A stretch of DNA of 64,000 bases from Bacilli bacterium (GTDB taxonomy: Bacteria; Bacillota_I; Bacilli_A; RF39; UBA660). A program made the translations under genes and the position numbers. Numbering within the stretch: position 1 is the first letter of the stretch; the number at the start of each line of letters is the position of its first letter. The stretch is taken from contig JAFUTR010000017.1 in assembly GCA_017477845.1 (NCBI GenBank), positions 64,447-128,446 of the forward strand. Reading direction: 5' to 3'. The notes beneath the pieces are model-generated. The model saw only the letters and a program-made list of their open reading frames with translations. It did no database searches and was not told the origin of the DNA. This document shows positions 8,899 to 18,807 of the stretch, one piece after another.

Positions 8899-10254
8899 AT
8901 GAATGATGTTATTGTCGCAATATCAACAGCAAAAGCAACAGGAGCAATTTCAATTGTAAGATTATCTGGAAAAGGATCTATTGAACTTGTTAATAAAAGT
9001 TTTAAAGGAAAAGATTTAACTAAAGTAGATAGTCATACTATAAATTATGGTTTTATTCATGATGGAGAAAAAATTATTGATCAAGTACTTGTGTCTGTAA
9101 TGAAAGAACCTAAAACATACACAAGAGAAGATGTTGTTGAAATAAACTGTCATGGTGGAATTGCCTCTACAAATAAAATTTTAGAAACTATGATTTTAAA
9201 TGGAGCAAGACTTGCAGAACCTGGTGAATTTACGAAAAGAGCCTTTTTAAATGGAAGAATTGATTTAGTAGAAGCTGAAGCTGTAATGGATTTAGTAAAT
9301 GCTAAAACTGAGAAATCTAGAATACAATCAGTAAATCAATTAGAAGGTAGATTAACTAGTGTTATTAAAAATTTTAGAAAAGAATTATTAGAATTACTTG
9401 CTAATGTGGAAGTAAATATAGATTATCCTGAGTATGAAGATATTGAAGAAGTAACTATTGATATGATAAAAGAAAGAGTAACAAATATGAAAAAATCTCT
9501 TTTAGAGATTATAAGAGAAAGTGAAAATAGGAAAATCATAAAAGAGGGAATAAATGTTGCTATAATAGGAAGACCTAATGTAGGTAAAAGTAGTATTTTA
9601 AATAGACTTTTGGGAGAAAATAAAGCAATAGTTACTGATATAGCTGGAACAACTCGCGATATTGTTGAAGGAAGTATTTCTTTAAATGGAATTCAATTAA
9701 ATTTTATTGATACAGCAGGAATTAGAAATACTAGTGATGTAGTTGAAAAGTTTGGAGTGGACAAGAGTCTAGAGCAAATTAACTTAGCAGATTTAGTTAT
9801 TTTAGTTTTAAATAATAATGAAGAATTAAAAGATGATGATTTGGAATTAATTAAAAAACTAAAAAATAAAAAGTACATTACTGTTATTAATAAAAAAGAC
9901 TTGGAAACAAAAATTATAATTGATGAAACATTAGTTAAGAATACGGTATATACTGATACTATTTCTAATGATGGGATAGAATCACTTAAAGATAAAATAA
10001 TAGAATTATTTAATTTAGATGAAATAATGGAAAATGATATTGATATTTTTACTAATATGAGACAAATAACTTTAGCTAAGGAAAGTTTAAAAATTCTTGA
10101 AGATGTTGAAAAAGGAATAAATGATGAAGTATATGTAGATTTAGTTGCTATAGATATTAAAAGAATTTGGACAAAGCTTGGGGAGATATTAGGTGAAAAT
10201 TATAGTGATGAATTAATTGATCAATTGTTTAGTCAATTTTGCTTAGGAAAGTAA
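8899..10254 (+). CDS. mnmE: tRNA modification GTPase MnmE
   Basis: G1 motif GRPNVGKSS, DTAGIR, NKKD, and the C-terminal FCLGK tetrapeptide. I prefer ATG at 8899 after AGGGGTGA over the track start GTG at 8881. Confidence 0.95.
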   Translation: MNDVIVAISTAKATGAISIVRLSGKGSIELVNKSFKGKDLTKVDSHTINYGFIHDGEKIIDQVLVSVMKEPKTYTREDVVEINCHGGIASTNKILETMILNGARLAEPGEFTKRAFLNGRIDLVEAEAVMDLVNAKTEKSRIQSVNQLEGRLTSVIKNFRKELLELLANVEVNIDYPEYEDIEEVTIDMIKERVTNMKKSLLEIIRESENRKIIKEGINVAIIGRPNVGKSSILNRLLGENKAIVTDIAGTTRDIVEGSISLNGIQLNFIDTAGIRNTSDVVEKFGVDKSLEQINLADLVILVLNNNEELKDDDLELIKKLKNKKYITVINKKDLETKIIIDETLVKNTVYTDTISNDGIESLKDKIIELFNLDEIMENDIDIFTNMRQITLAKESLKILEDVEKGINDEVYVDLVAIDIKRIWTKLGEILGENYSDELIDQLFSQFCLGK

Positions 10255-10271
10255 TTATGTAAAAATGTGAA

Positions 10272-10304
10272 AAAGAAATTCAAAATTTGATTTTCTTTTT
10301 TTTT
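10272..10304 (+). terminator. AT-rich intrinsic terminator after mnmE
   Basis: AAAGAAATTCAAA / TTTGATTTTCTTT imperfect hairpin followed by a T-run. Confidence 0.45.
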
Positions 10305-10336
10305 AGTGTTACCATTTATCTTAATGGTGGTAGTTT

Positions 10337-13300
10337 ATGAAAGTGGTAAATAAGAAAACATTAAATATAGGAATAGATGTAGGTTCAACAACTGTTAAAT
10401 TAGTTCTTATGGATAAGCATCAAATCCTTTTTAATGAATATAGAAGACATTATTCTAATACTAAAAAAACAATAGATGAGTTATTAAGTGAAATATTGGA
10501 TAAATTTAAAAATAGTAATTTTACTATAACAATGACTGGAAGTGGAGCAATTACACTTGCAAAGTTTTTAAACGTAAATTTTGTTCAAGAGGTTATTGCA
10601 TGTAAAAATGCTATAGAAAAATATGCAAAAGAAACTGATGTCTGTATAGAACTTGGTGGGGAAGATGCAAAAATTATTTATTTTGATCAAACTATTGAGC
10701 AAAGAATGAATGGAAGCTGTGCAGGTGGAACTGGTTCTTTTTTGGATCAAATGGCTGTTTTACTTGATACAACTACAGAAGGATTGAATGATCTTGCTAA
10801 AAATGGGAAAACAATTTATCCAATTGCTTCTAGATGTGGTGTATTTGCTAAAGCTGATGTTCAACCTTTATTAAATGAAGGTGCAAAAAAGGAAGATGTA
10901 GCTCTTTCTATAATGCAAGCTGTAGTAAATCAGACAATAAGCGGTCTAGCATGTGGTAAACCTATCAAAGGTAATGTTCTTTTCTTAGGTGGACCTCTTA
11001 CATATTTATCTACTTTGAAAGATAGATTTATTGATACTTTGAACTTAAAAGAGAATGAAATAGTTAAATCTCAAATTGATTCGAAAATATTTGTCTGCGT
11101 TGGGTCAATATTAGATAAAGAAAAGAAAAAGGTTATCACAATTGATGAACTAATAAAATTAAAAGAAAAGTTACAAAACTTTACTGAAGATGAATCTAAT
11201 AATTTACCTGTTTTATTTAAGAATGAAAAAGATTATGAAAAGTTTAAAAAAAGACATAATAAAAATTCTATAAATAAAGTAAGCATTGAGAACTATAAAG
11301 GTGATGTTTTTGTTGGAATTGATGCTGGAAGTACTACTTGTAAAGTTGTTGCAATTAATAAAAAAGGAGAACTTTTATATGATAATTATCAAAGTAATAA
11401 AGGAACACCTTTTGATACAGTAAAATCAATGATTTTAGACTTATATGATAAATTACCTAGTGGTGTTGTAATTAGACAAAGTGGATCAACTGGATATGGT
11501 GAAATGCTAATTAAGACTGCATTTAATCTTGATATTAGTGAAATAGAAACGATGTCTCATTTTGAAGCTGCTAATCATTTTTTACCTGGTGTTGAAAGTA
11601 TTATTGATATTGGTGGACAAGATATGAAGTATATTAGAATAAAAGATGGTGCTGTTAATTCAATAATGCTTAATGAAGCTTGTTCTAGTGGATGTGGATC
11701 TTTCATTGAAACACTTGGAAAAAGTCTTGGAATTTCTGTTCAAGAATTTGTTGATTTAGCTATAAAAAGCAAAGCTCCTATAGATTTAGGAAGTAGATGT
11801 ACTGTATTTATGAATAGTAAAATTAAACAGACTCAGAAAGAAGGAAGACCTTTAGGTGATATATTTGCAGGACTTTCTTATTCAGTCATTAGAAATGCTA
11901 TTCAGAAAGTAATGAAGATTAGAGATATGTCTACTTTAGGTGATAAAATAGTAGTGCAGGGAGGAACTTTTTTAAATGATGCAGTTTTAAGAGCTTTTGA
12001 AAATATTACTGGAAAAGAAGTAATAAGACCATCTATTGCAGGATTAATGGGAGCATATGGAATTGCCTTAATAGCACTTGATAATTATAAAAAATATAAT
12101 GATAATGAAATAGTAAGTTCGATGTTATCGAAAGAGGAAATATTAAATTTGAAAGTTAAGACTACTAATACAAGATGTCAAAGATGTGAAAATCATTGTG
12201 CTTTAACTATAAATATGTTTAATGAAAAAAGATTTATTTCTGGTAATAGATGTGAAAGAGGTAGTGGAAATAATGGAAGTAATAGTACTCTTCCAAATAT
12301 GTATTCTTGGAAATATGATAGAATCTTTAATTATACTCCAACAGAAAATCCTAAAAGAGGAGTAATTGGTATTCCTAGAGTACTTAATATGTATGAAAAT
12401 TACCCACTTTGGTTTACTATTTTAACTAAACTTGGATTTAAAGTAGTAATATCAGATCACTCTAATAGAAGAATATATGAAAGTGGGATTGAGTCTATGC
12501 CAAGTGAATCTGTTTGTTATCCAGCTAAACTAGTACATGGTCATATTATGAATTTGATAAGCAAAGAAATAAAAACCATTTTTTATCCTTGTGTTATGTA
12601 TGAAAGAAAAGAGTTTAAGGATACAGATAATAATTATAATTGTCCTATTGTTCAGTCTTATAGTGAAGCTATTAAGTTAAATGTTGATGATTTAGAGAAA
12701 AATAATATTACATTTATTAATCCTTTTTTGCCACTTGAGAAGAAGACTCTTGTTAAAAGATTATTAGAAATACCTGAATTTAAAGAATATAAATTTAAGA
12801 AAAAAGAAGTTGAAAAAGCAGTTGAGGCTGGTTTTAAAGAACAAGAAAAATTTAAAAAAGAAGTACAGAAAAAAGGTGAAGAGTTCTTAGATTATATTGT
12901 TAAACATAATGAAAAAGCAATAGTTCTTGCTGGAAGACCATATCACCTTGATAAAGAAGTTAATCATGGAATTGATACAATGATTAATTCATTAGGACTT
13001 GCTGTTTTATCTGAGGATAGTATTTGTCATTTAAGTAAAATAGATTCAAAACTAAGAGTAATGAATCAGTGGGAGTATCATGCTCGTGTATTTAATGCTT
13101 GTGATGTTGTAAGTAGATACGACAATATAGAGTTAGTTAATCTTAATTCATTTGGATGTGGGCTAGATGCTATAATAACTGATCAGGCTGAAGAAATATT
13201 AAAGTTTAACAATAAACTTTATACTACAATTAAAATAGATGAAGTTAATAATCTTGGTACAGCTAAAATTAGAATAAGATCTTTGATTGCATCTATGAAT

Positions 13301-14575
13301 AAAAGAAAACAAAATACTAATTATCAAACTTATAATTACAAGAAAAATGTTTTTAGTGAAAAAGATAAAGAACATGTTTTACTTTTTCCAGATGTATCTC
13401 AGTTTCATATGCCTTTACTAGGAGCTGCTTTAAAAACTGCTGGATATAAACCGGTATATTTAAAAGATACTACTGAAGAAATGATAGAAACTGGGCTAAA
13501 ATATGTTAATAACGATGCATGTTATCCTGCAATAATAGTTATAGGACAACTTGTTCATACACTTTTAAGTGGAAAATATGATGTTAATAACACAAGTGTT
13601 ATATTAACTCAGACAGGTGGAGGATGTCGTGCAACAAATTATATAGGGTTAATTAGAAAAGCACTTGTTGATGCAGGTCTTCTTCAAGTATCTGTTATGT
13701 CTTTAAACTTTAGTGGGCTTGAAAAAGATCAAGCTTTCCATTTAAATATTTCTTTAATTAATAAATTTTTACAAGCTATTAGTTATGGTGATTTACTTAT
13801 GAAGTTGTTGTATGCAACAAGACCATATGAAAAGAATAAAGGTGAAGCACAAGCTCTTTATGAAAAATGGAATGACATTTGTTGTGATTCTATACTAAAT
13901 GGCGGAATAATTGATTATAGATCTAATATAAAGAAAATAGTAAATGATTTTAAGAAAATTGAAATTGTTGAAAAGAATTTACCTAAAGTGGGAATTGTTG
14001 GAGAAATTTTAATTAAATATCATACTTTTGGAAATGATCACTTAGTTGATAGGTTAGAAAAAGAAGGAGTTGAAGTATGTGCTCCTGAACTTATGGGATT
14101 TGTTAAGTATTCTGCTTATGATGGTATTGCAAAATCAAAAATTCTTAAAAATGGTTATGCATATGCTTATGGCTGTAGAAAGATGATTGATATTATTGGA
14201 CTATATGAAAAACCAATAGATAAAGCTCTTAAGAATACTAGATTTAAAAAAAGTGTTGATATTTATAAACTAGCTGACAATGTTAAAGGAATACTTTCAT
14301 TAGGTAATCAAACAGGTGAAGGATGGTTTTTAACTGCGGAGATGGTAGAGCTTATAAAAGAAGGAATACCTAATATAGTTTGTGTTCAACCATTTGCATG
14401 TCTTCCTAATCATATAGTTGGTAAGGCAGTTATTAAAAAGATAAGAGAGTTATATAAAGATAGTAATATAGTTGCAATTGATTATGATCCTGGAGCAAGT
14501 CATACTAACCAAATTAATAGAATTAAATTAATGCTCACTGTAGCCAAAGAAAAAGAAACTGTTAAAAATAATTAA
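10337..14575 (+). CDS. Fusion protein with two BcrAD/BadFG (HgdC-like) activase ATPase modules plus a Cys-rich linker and a DUF2229-type activase-related region
   Basis: 1412 aa. Two actin-fold phosphate-1 motifs GIDVGSTTVKLV (aa about 12) and GIDAGSTTCKVV (aa about 328). Cys cluster CQRCENHCAL..GNRCERG. Followed by IGIPRVLNMYENYPLWFTILTKLGFKVV, typical of the activase-associated domain. Confidence 0.8.
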   Translation: MKVVNKKTLNIGIDVGSTTVKLVLMDKHQILFNEYRRHYSNTKKTIDELLSEILDKFKNSNFTITMTGSGAITLAKFLNVNFVQEVIACKNAIEKYAKETDVCIELGGEDAKIIYFDQTIEQRMNGSCAGGTGSFLDQMAVLLDTTTEGLNDLAKNGKTIYPIASRCGVFAKADVQPLLNEGAKKEDVALSIMQAVVNQTISGLACGKPIKGNVLFLGGPLTYLSTLKDRFIDTLNLKENEIVKSQIDSKIFVCVGSILDKEKKKVITIDELIKLKEKLQNFTEDESNNLPVLFKNEKDYEKFKKRHNKNSINKVSIENYKGDVFVGIDAGSTTCKVVAINKKGELLYDNYQSNKGTPFDTVKSMILDLYDKLPSGVVIRQSGSTGYGEMLIKTAFNLDISEIETMSHFEAANHFLPGVESIIDIGGQDMKYIRIKDGAVNSIMLNEACSSGCGSFIETLGKSLGISVQEFVDLAIKSKAPIDLGSRCTVFMNSKIKQTQKEGRPLGDIFAGLSYSVIRNAIQKVMKIRDMSTLGDKIVVQGGTFLNDAVLRAFENITGKEVIRPSIAGLMGAYGIALIALDNYKKYNDNEIVSSMLSKEEILNLKVKTTNTRCQRCENHCALTINMFNEKRFISGNRCERGSGNNGSNSTLPNMYSWKYDRIFNYTPTENPKRGVIGIPRVLNMYENYPLWFTILTKLGFKVVISDHSNRRIYESGIESMPSESVCYPAKLVHGHIMNLISKEIKTIFYPCVMYERKEFKDTDNNYNCPIVQSYSEAIKLNVDDLEKNNITFINPFLPLEKKTLVKRLLEIPEFKEYKFKKKEVEKAVEAGFKEQEKFKKEVQKKGEEFLDYIVKHNEKAIVLAGRPYHLDKEVNHGIDTMINSLGLAVLSEDSICHLSKIDSKLRVMNQWEYHARVFNACDVVSRYDNIELVNLNSFGCGLDAIITDQAEEILKFNNKLYTTIKIDEVNNLGTAKIRIRSLIASMNKRKQNTNYQTYNYKKNVFSEKDKEHVLLFPDVSQFHMPLLGAALKTAGYKPVYLKDTTEEMIETGLKYVNNDACYPAIIVIGQLVHTLLSGKYDVNNTSVILTQTGGGCRATNYIGLIRKALVDAGLLQVSVMSLNFSGLEKDQAFHLNISLINKFLQAISYGDLLMKLLYATRPYEKNKGEAQALYEKWNDICCDSILNGGIIDYRSNIKKIVNDFKKIEIVEKNLPKVGIVGEILIKYHTFGNDHLVDRLEKEGVEVCAPELMGFVKYSAYDGIAKSKILKNGYAYAYGCRKMIDIIGLYEKPIDKALKNTRFKKSVDIYKLADNVKGILSLGNQTGEGWFLTAEMVELIKEGIPNIVCVQPFACLPNHIVGKAVIKKIRELYKDSNIVAIDYDPGASHTNQINRIKLMLTVAKEKETVKNN

Positions 14576-14584
14576 CAGTTTTTT
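14557..14584 (+). terminator. Intrinsic terminator overlapping the stop of the activase fusion gene
   Basis: AACTGTTAA-aaataa-TTAACAGTT followed by TTTT. Confidence 0.6.
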
Positions 14585-14654
14585 GAATTAAATTAATATC
14601 TTTTATTTTTTATGTATTTGTTATATAATACAGTAGATTTATGGAAGTGATATT

Positions 14655-16511
14655 ATGTATGATGTAATAGTTATAGGTGGAGGGCATGCTGGATGTGAAG
14701 CTTCCCTTGCATCCGCTCGTCTTGGAAAAAAGACTTTATTAATAACAGGAAAAATAAAAAATATAGCAGATATGCCTTGTAATCCTTCTATTGGAGGACC
14801 AGCTAAAGGAATAATTGTAAGAGAAATTGATGCCTTAGGTGGAGAAATGGCAAAAAATATAGATAAAAGTTTCTTACAAATGAAGATGTTAAATACTAAA
14901 AAAGGGCCTGCTGTTAGAGCTCTTCGTGCTCAAGCAGATAAAGTAACATATCAAAAAGAAATGCAAGAGACTATTTTAAATCAAGAAAACTTGGAAGTAC
15001 TTGAAGCAATGGCAGAAGACTTAATAGTTGAAGATAGAGTTTTTAAAGGAGTTATTCTAAGAGATGGGCAAGAAGTTTTAGGTAAATCTGTTATTATAAC
15101 TACTGGAACATATCTTAAGGGAATGGTTTTATATGGAGATACTAAAATATCAAGTGGACCCCATAATGAAGAACCAGCTCTTCATTTAAGTGATGCCTTA
15201 TCACGAATTGGTTTCAATATAAAAAGATTAAAAACTGGTACTCCTCCTAGAATAAAAAAGAGCTCTATTGATTATTCTAAGGCTGTTATACAACCTGGAG
15301 ATAAAGAATTATATAATTTTTCTTTTAGTAATATTCCAAACTATAATCCAGATGAACAAATACCATGTTACTTGATTTATACAACAAGTGAAACTCACAA
15401 AATAATTAAAGATAATTTAACAAAATCAAGTATGTATGGAGGATATGTTGAAGGAGTTGGACCAAGATACTGTCCATCAATCGAGGATAAAATAGTTAAA
15501 TTTGCAGATAAAGAAAGACATCAAATATTTTTGGAACCTGAAAGTGTATATTATGATGATATTTATATACAAGGTTTTTCTACAAGTATGCCCCATGATA
15601 TACAAGAGAAAATGGTGCATTCACTACCTGGACTTGAGAATGCGGAAATAGTAAAATATGCTTATGCTATTGAGTATGATGCAATAGACTCTTTGCAATT
15701 AAAACCTAGTTTGGAAAGTAAATTAGTTGAAAACTTATTTACTGCTGGACAAATAAATGGCACTAGTGGATATGAAGAAGCTGCTGGACAAGGATTAATT
15801 GCTGGAATAAATGCAGTAAGAAAACTTGATGGAAAAGAACCATTAATTTTAAAAAGAAATGAGGCATACATTGGAGTACTTATTGATGATTTGGTAACAA
15901 AAGGAGTAATAGATCCTTATAGACTTTTAACATCACGCGCAGAATATAGATTACTTTTAAGACATGATAATGCTGACATAAGACTTATGAAGTATGGACA
16001 TGAAATAGGACTAATAAGTGATTTAGAATTTAATAAATTTAATAAAAAAATGAATGATATTGAATACTTAAAAGATGTTTTAAAGTCTACTAAAATAACT
16101 CCAAAAGAAGAAACTAATAATTACTTAGAAAGATTAGGAAGTGCTAAAATTTATGACTCTATTAACTTATTTGAGTTATTGAAAAGGCCAGAAATTAATT
16201 TTAAAGATATTAAAAAATACTTAGCGGAAGAATTTAATGATGATGTTATTGAACAGGTAGTAATTAATATTAAATATGAAGGTTATATTGTTAAAGCACT
16301 TAAAGAAGCAGATAAAATGTTAGAATATGAAAAAATAAAATTAAGTGATGATATAGATTATGAAAAAATTCCAAATCTTGCTAAAGAAGCAATTCAAAAA
16401 CTTAATGATATTAAACCAAACACATTAGGACAAGCTTTAAGAATAAGTGGAGTAAATCCAGCTGATATATCTATGATATTGTTATATTTAAAGAGGAATA
16501 AAAATGAATAG
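14655..16511 (+). CDS. mnmG: tRNA uridine 5-carboxymethylaminomethyl modification enzyme MnmG (GidA)
   Basis: 618 aa. FAD motif VIVIGGGHAGCEA. Full-length colinearity with GidA. Confidence 0.97.
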   Translation: MYDVIVIGGGHAGCEASLASARLGKKTLLITGKIKNIADMPCNPSIGGPAKGIIVREIDALGGEMAKNIDKSFLQMKMLNTKKGPAVRALRAQADKVTYQKEMQETILNQENLEVLEAMAEDLIVEDRVFKGVILRDGQEVLGKSVIITTGTYLKGMVLYGDTKISSGPHNEEPALHLSDALSRIGFNIKRLKTGTPPRIKKSSIDYSKAVIQPGDKELYNFSFSNIPNYNPDEQIPCYLIYTTSETHKIIKDNLTKSSMYGGYVEGVGPRYCPSIEDKIVKFADKERHQIFLEPESVYYDDIYIQGFSTSMPHDIQEKMVHSLPGLENAEIVKYAYAIEYDAIDSLQLKPSLESKLVENLFTAGQINGTSGYEEAAGQGLIAGINAVRKLDGKEPLILKRNEAYIGVLIDDLVTKGVIDPYRLLTSRAEYRLLLRHDNADIRLMKYGHEIGLISDLEFNKFNKKMNDIEYLKDVLKSTKITPKEETNNYLERLGSAKIYDSINLFELLKRPEINFKDIKKYLAEEFNDDVIEQVVINIKYEGYIVKALKEADKMLEYEKIKLSDDIDYEKIPNLAKEAIQKLNDIKPNTLGQALRISGVNPADISMILLYLKRNKNE

Positions 16512-17211
16512 AGAAGAGTTTATTTTAGAGTGTAGTAAGATAGGTATAAAAGTAACAGATGAGCAATTATTACTACTAGAAAAGTATTATAAATTATTAA
16601 TTGAATGGAATAATAAAATTAATTTAACTGCTATAACGGAAGAGAATGAAGTTTATTTAAAACACTTTTATGATAGTTTAACATTATATAAAACAATTGA
16701 TTTAAATAAATCTATTAAAGTTTGTGATGTTGGAAGTGGAGCAGGATTTCCTGGAATAGTTTTAAAAATATTCTTTAAAGATTTGAATATTGTATTAGTT
16801 GATTCACTACAAAAACGTGTTAATTATTTAAATGAAGTAATAAATTCTCTTGGATTAAAGGGAATATATGCTATACACTCTAGAATGGAAGACTACTCTA
16901 AAACTCATATTGAAGAATTTGATGTAATAACAGCAAGAGCAGTTGCCAAAATTGGAATTCTTTCCGAGATAGCAGTAAAAGCATTAAAAGTTAATGGGTA
17001 CTTAATATTTATGAAAGGAAATGCAAGAGAAGAAATAGAAGCATTTTCTCAAAAATCTGATTTACTTGGATTATCTTTAAATGAAACAGTGGAGTTCTTA
17101 CTTCCTTTTGAAAATAGTAATAGAACTTTAGTTAAGTATAAAAAAATATTTAAAACTAAAGATAAATATCCAAGAAGGATGGAGATAATAAAAAAAGAAT
17201 ATATGTCTTAA
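16504..17211 (+). CDS. rsmG: 16S rRNA (guanine527-N7)-methyltransferase RsmG (GidB)
   Basis: 235 aa. SAM motif DVGSGAGFPGI. Overlaps the mnmG stop. Confidence 0.93.
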   Translation: MNREEFILECSKIGIKVTDEQLLLLEKYYKLLIEWNNKINLTAITEENEVYLKHFYDSLTLYKTIDLNKSIKVCDVGSGAGFPGIVLKIFFKDLNIVLVDSLQKRVNYLNEVINSLGLKGIYAIHSRMEDYSKTHIEEFDVITARAVAKIGILSEIAVKALKVNGYLIFMKGNAREEIEAFSQKSDLLGLSLNETVEFLLPFENSNRTLVKYKKIFKTKDKYPRRMEIIKKEYMS

Positions 17212-17212
17212 G

Positions 17213-17238
17213 GCAAGTAATAAAACTTGCTTTTTTTT
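17213..17238 (+). terminator. Intrinsic terminator after rsmG
   Basis: GCAAGT-aataaa-ACTTGC followed by T8. Confidence 0.7.
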
Positions 17239-17310
17239 AAAATAAAGATTTTACTTTTTAATAATTTTAATTTATAATTGTATTAGAATAGCATAAAGAG
17301 GGTGTTAGAT

Positions 17311-18708
17311 ATGGAAAATAATAGTGAGGTAGTATATTTATATTTAGACGATATAATTCCTAATAGATTTCAACCAAGAGAAGTTTTTGATGATCAGGCT
17401 TTGAAAGAACTTGCTGTTTCAATAAAAGAACATGGAGTTATTCAACCAATAATAGTTAGAAAAGTTGAAAATAAGTATGAAATAATTGCTGGTGAGAGAA
17501 GATATAAGGCATCTACTATGGCTGGATTAACAAAGATTCCTGCGATTGTTAAAAATTTAGATGATAAAGAGAGTTCTAAAGTTGCTTTAATAGAAAACTT
17601 ACAACGAAAAGATTTAACACCTATTGAAGAAGCAAGAACATATCAAAAAATACTTGAGTTGGAAGATGATATGACTCAAGAAGAACTTGCTGCAACTATG
17701 GGAAAAACTCAGTCTTCTGTATCAAATAAACTTCGTCTTTTAGCACTTCCTGATGAAATTCAAGATGCTTTATTAAAAGAAAAAATTTCAGAGAGACATG
17801 CCAGAAGTTTGTTAAATATTGATGATAAAAATGAACAAATAAGAATGATGGGTAGAATAATAGATGAGAAAATGACAGTTAGAGAACTTGATAAAGTAAT
17901 AAAGGAAATGAAAGATGGAGGTGCAAACGTGGATAGTAATACTTTGATTTCAACACCTGAAAATAATAGTTTGGAAGTAGGTAATAACACTGTTGTTAAT
18001 AATCCATTTTTACAAGGTAGCAATGCTAATAGTGAAGTAAGTACTTCTCAAGTTGATTCTTTTAAAGTACCTTCTGTTACTTCTGAATCATCTAATTTAA
18101 TGAATGCAACAGATGTAGTTAATGATGAAACCAAGGAAAAAGAGAGTATTCCAACATTTACTATGCCTTCTATCCCAATACTTGAACAAAATAACGAGGT
18201 AAGAAATGATACTATTGCTGAATCTAATATTAATAATGAAGTTCAAGATGATAAACCTGTTCAAAATTTAGATATAAATCCTACAATTGTAGATATAAAT
18301 AAAATAAGAGAAAACTCTGTTGATATTGGGGGATTAACTAAAGAATCACAAGTTGAAGTTAAAGATTTAATGAAGGATCCAAGTCAAGTGGATAATGGAG
18401 GATTTAAGTTTGTTCAAGCAATGGACAATAATCAAACTCAAAATAATGAAGGTGAAGTATCTAATAATTTTGCGAACTATTTTAATGCTAATGTTTCAAA
18501 TATTCCAACAAGTGATAATACAGTAGCAAGTACTATTGCACCTATTGGAGGAATTACAATTCCTACAGGAAAAGATATTAATACTGCAATTAATGATATA
18601 AAAAATACAATTCAAAATCTTGAAACAAATGGTTATAAAGTTTCGTTTGAAGAACAAGATGATGTATCAAATTACAAGATAGTAATTAATTTACAAAAAA
18701 ATGCCTAA
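17311..18708 (+). CDS. noc: Nucleoid occlusion protein Noc-like ParB paralogue with a long low-complexity insert
   Basis: ParB box IPNRFQPR and GERRYKA, plus HTH region LAATMGKTQSSVSNKLRLL. The C-terminal INTAINDIKNTIQNLETNGYKVSFEEQDD..YKIVINL matches the B. subtilis Noc C-terminus as I recall it. Sits in rsmG-noc-soj-spo0J synteny. I prefer ATG at 17311 after AAGAGGG. Confidence 0.8.
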   Translation: MENNSEVVYLYLDDIIPNRFQPREVFDDQALKELAVSIKEHGVIQPIIVRKVENKYEIIAGERRYKASTMAGLTKIPAIVKNLDDKESSKVALIENLQRKDLTPIEEARTYQKILELEDDMTQEELAATMGKTQSSVSNKLRLLALPDEIQDALLKEKISERHARSLLNIDDKNEQIRMMGRIIDEKMTVRELDKVIKEMKDGGANVDSNTLISTPENNSLEVGNNTVVNNPFLQGSNANSEVSTSQVDSFKVPSVTSESSNLMNATDVVNDETKEKESIPTFTMPSIPILEQNNEVRNDTIAESNINNEVQDDKPVQNLDINPTIVDINKIRENSVDIGGLTKESQVEVKDLMKDPSQVDNGGFKFVQAMDNNQTQNNEGEVSNNFANYFNANVSNIPTSDNTVASTIAPIGGITIPTGKDINTAINDIKNTIQNLETNGYKVSFEEQDDVSNYKIVINLQKNA

Positions 18709-18710
18709 TC

Positions 18711-18738
18711 AAGAAAGCGGTATTGCTTTCTTTTTTTT
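18711..18738 (+). terminator. Intrinsic terminator after noc
   Basis: AAGAAAGC-ggtatt-GCTTTCTT followed by a T-run. Confidence 0.7.
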
Positions 18739-18807
18739 CTAAAAAAGGATTTATTAATCTAACAATATTTGATAAAATATAATAAGAGTTATAAAGAGGT
18801 GATGTAG

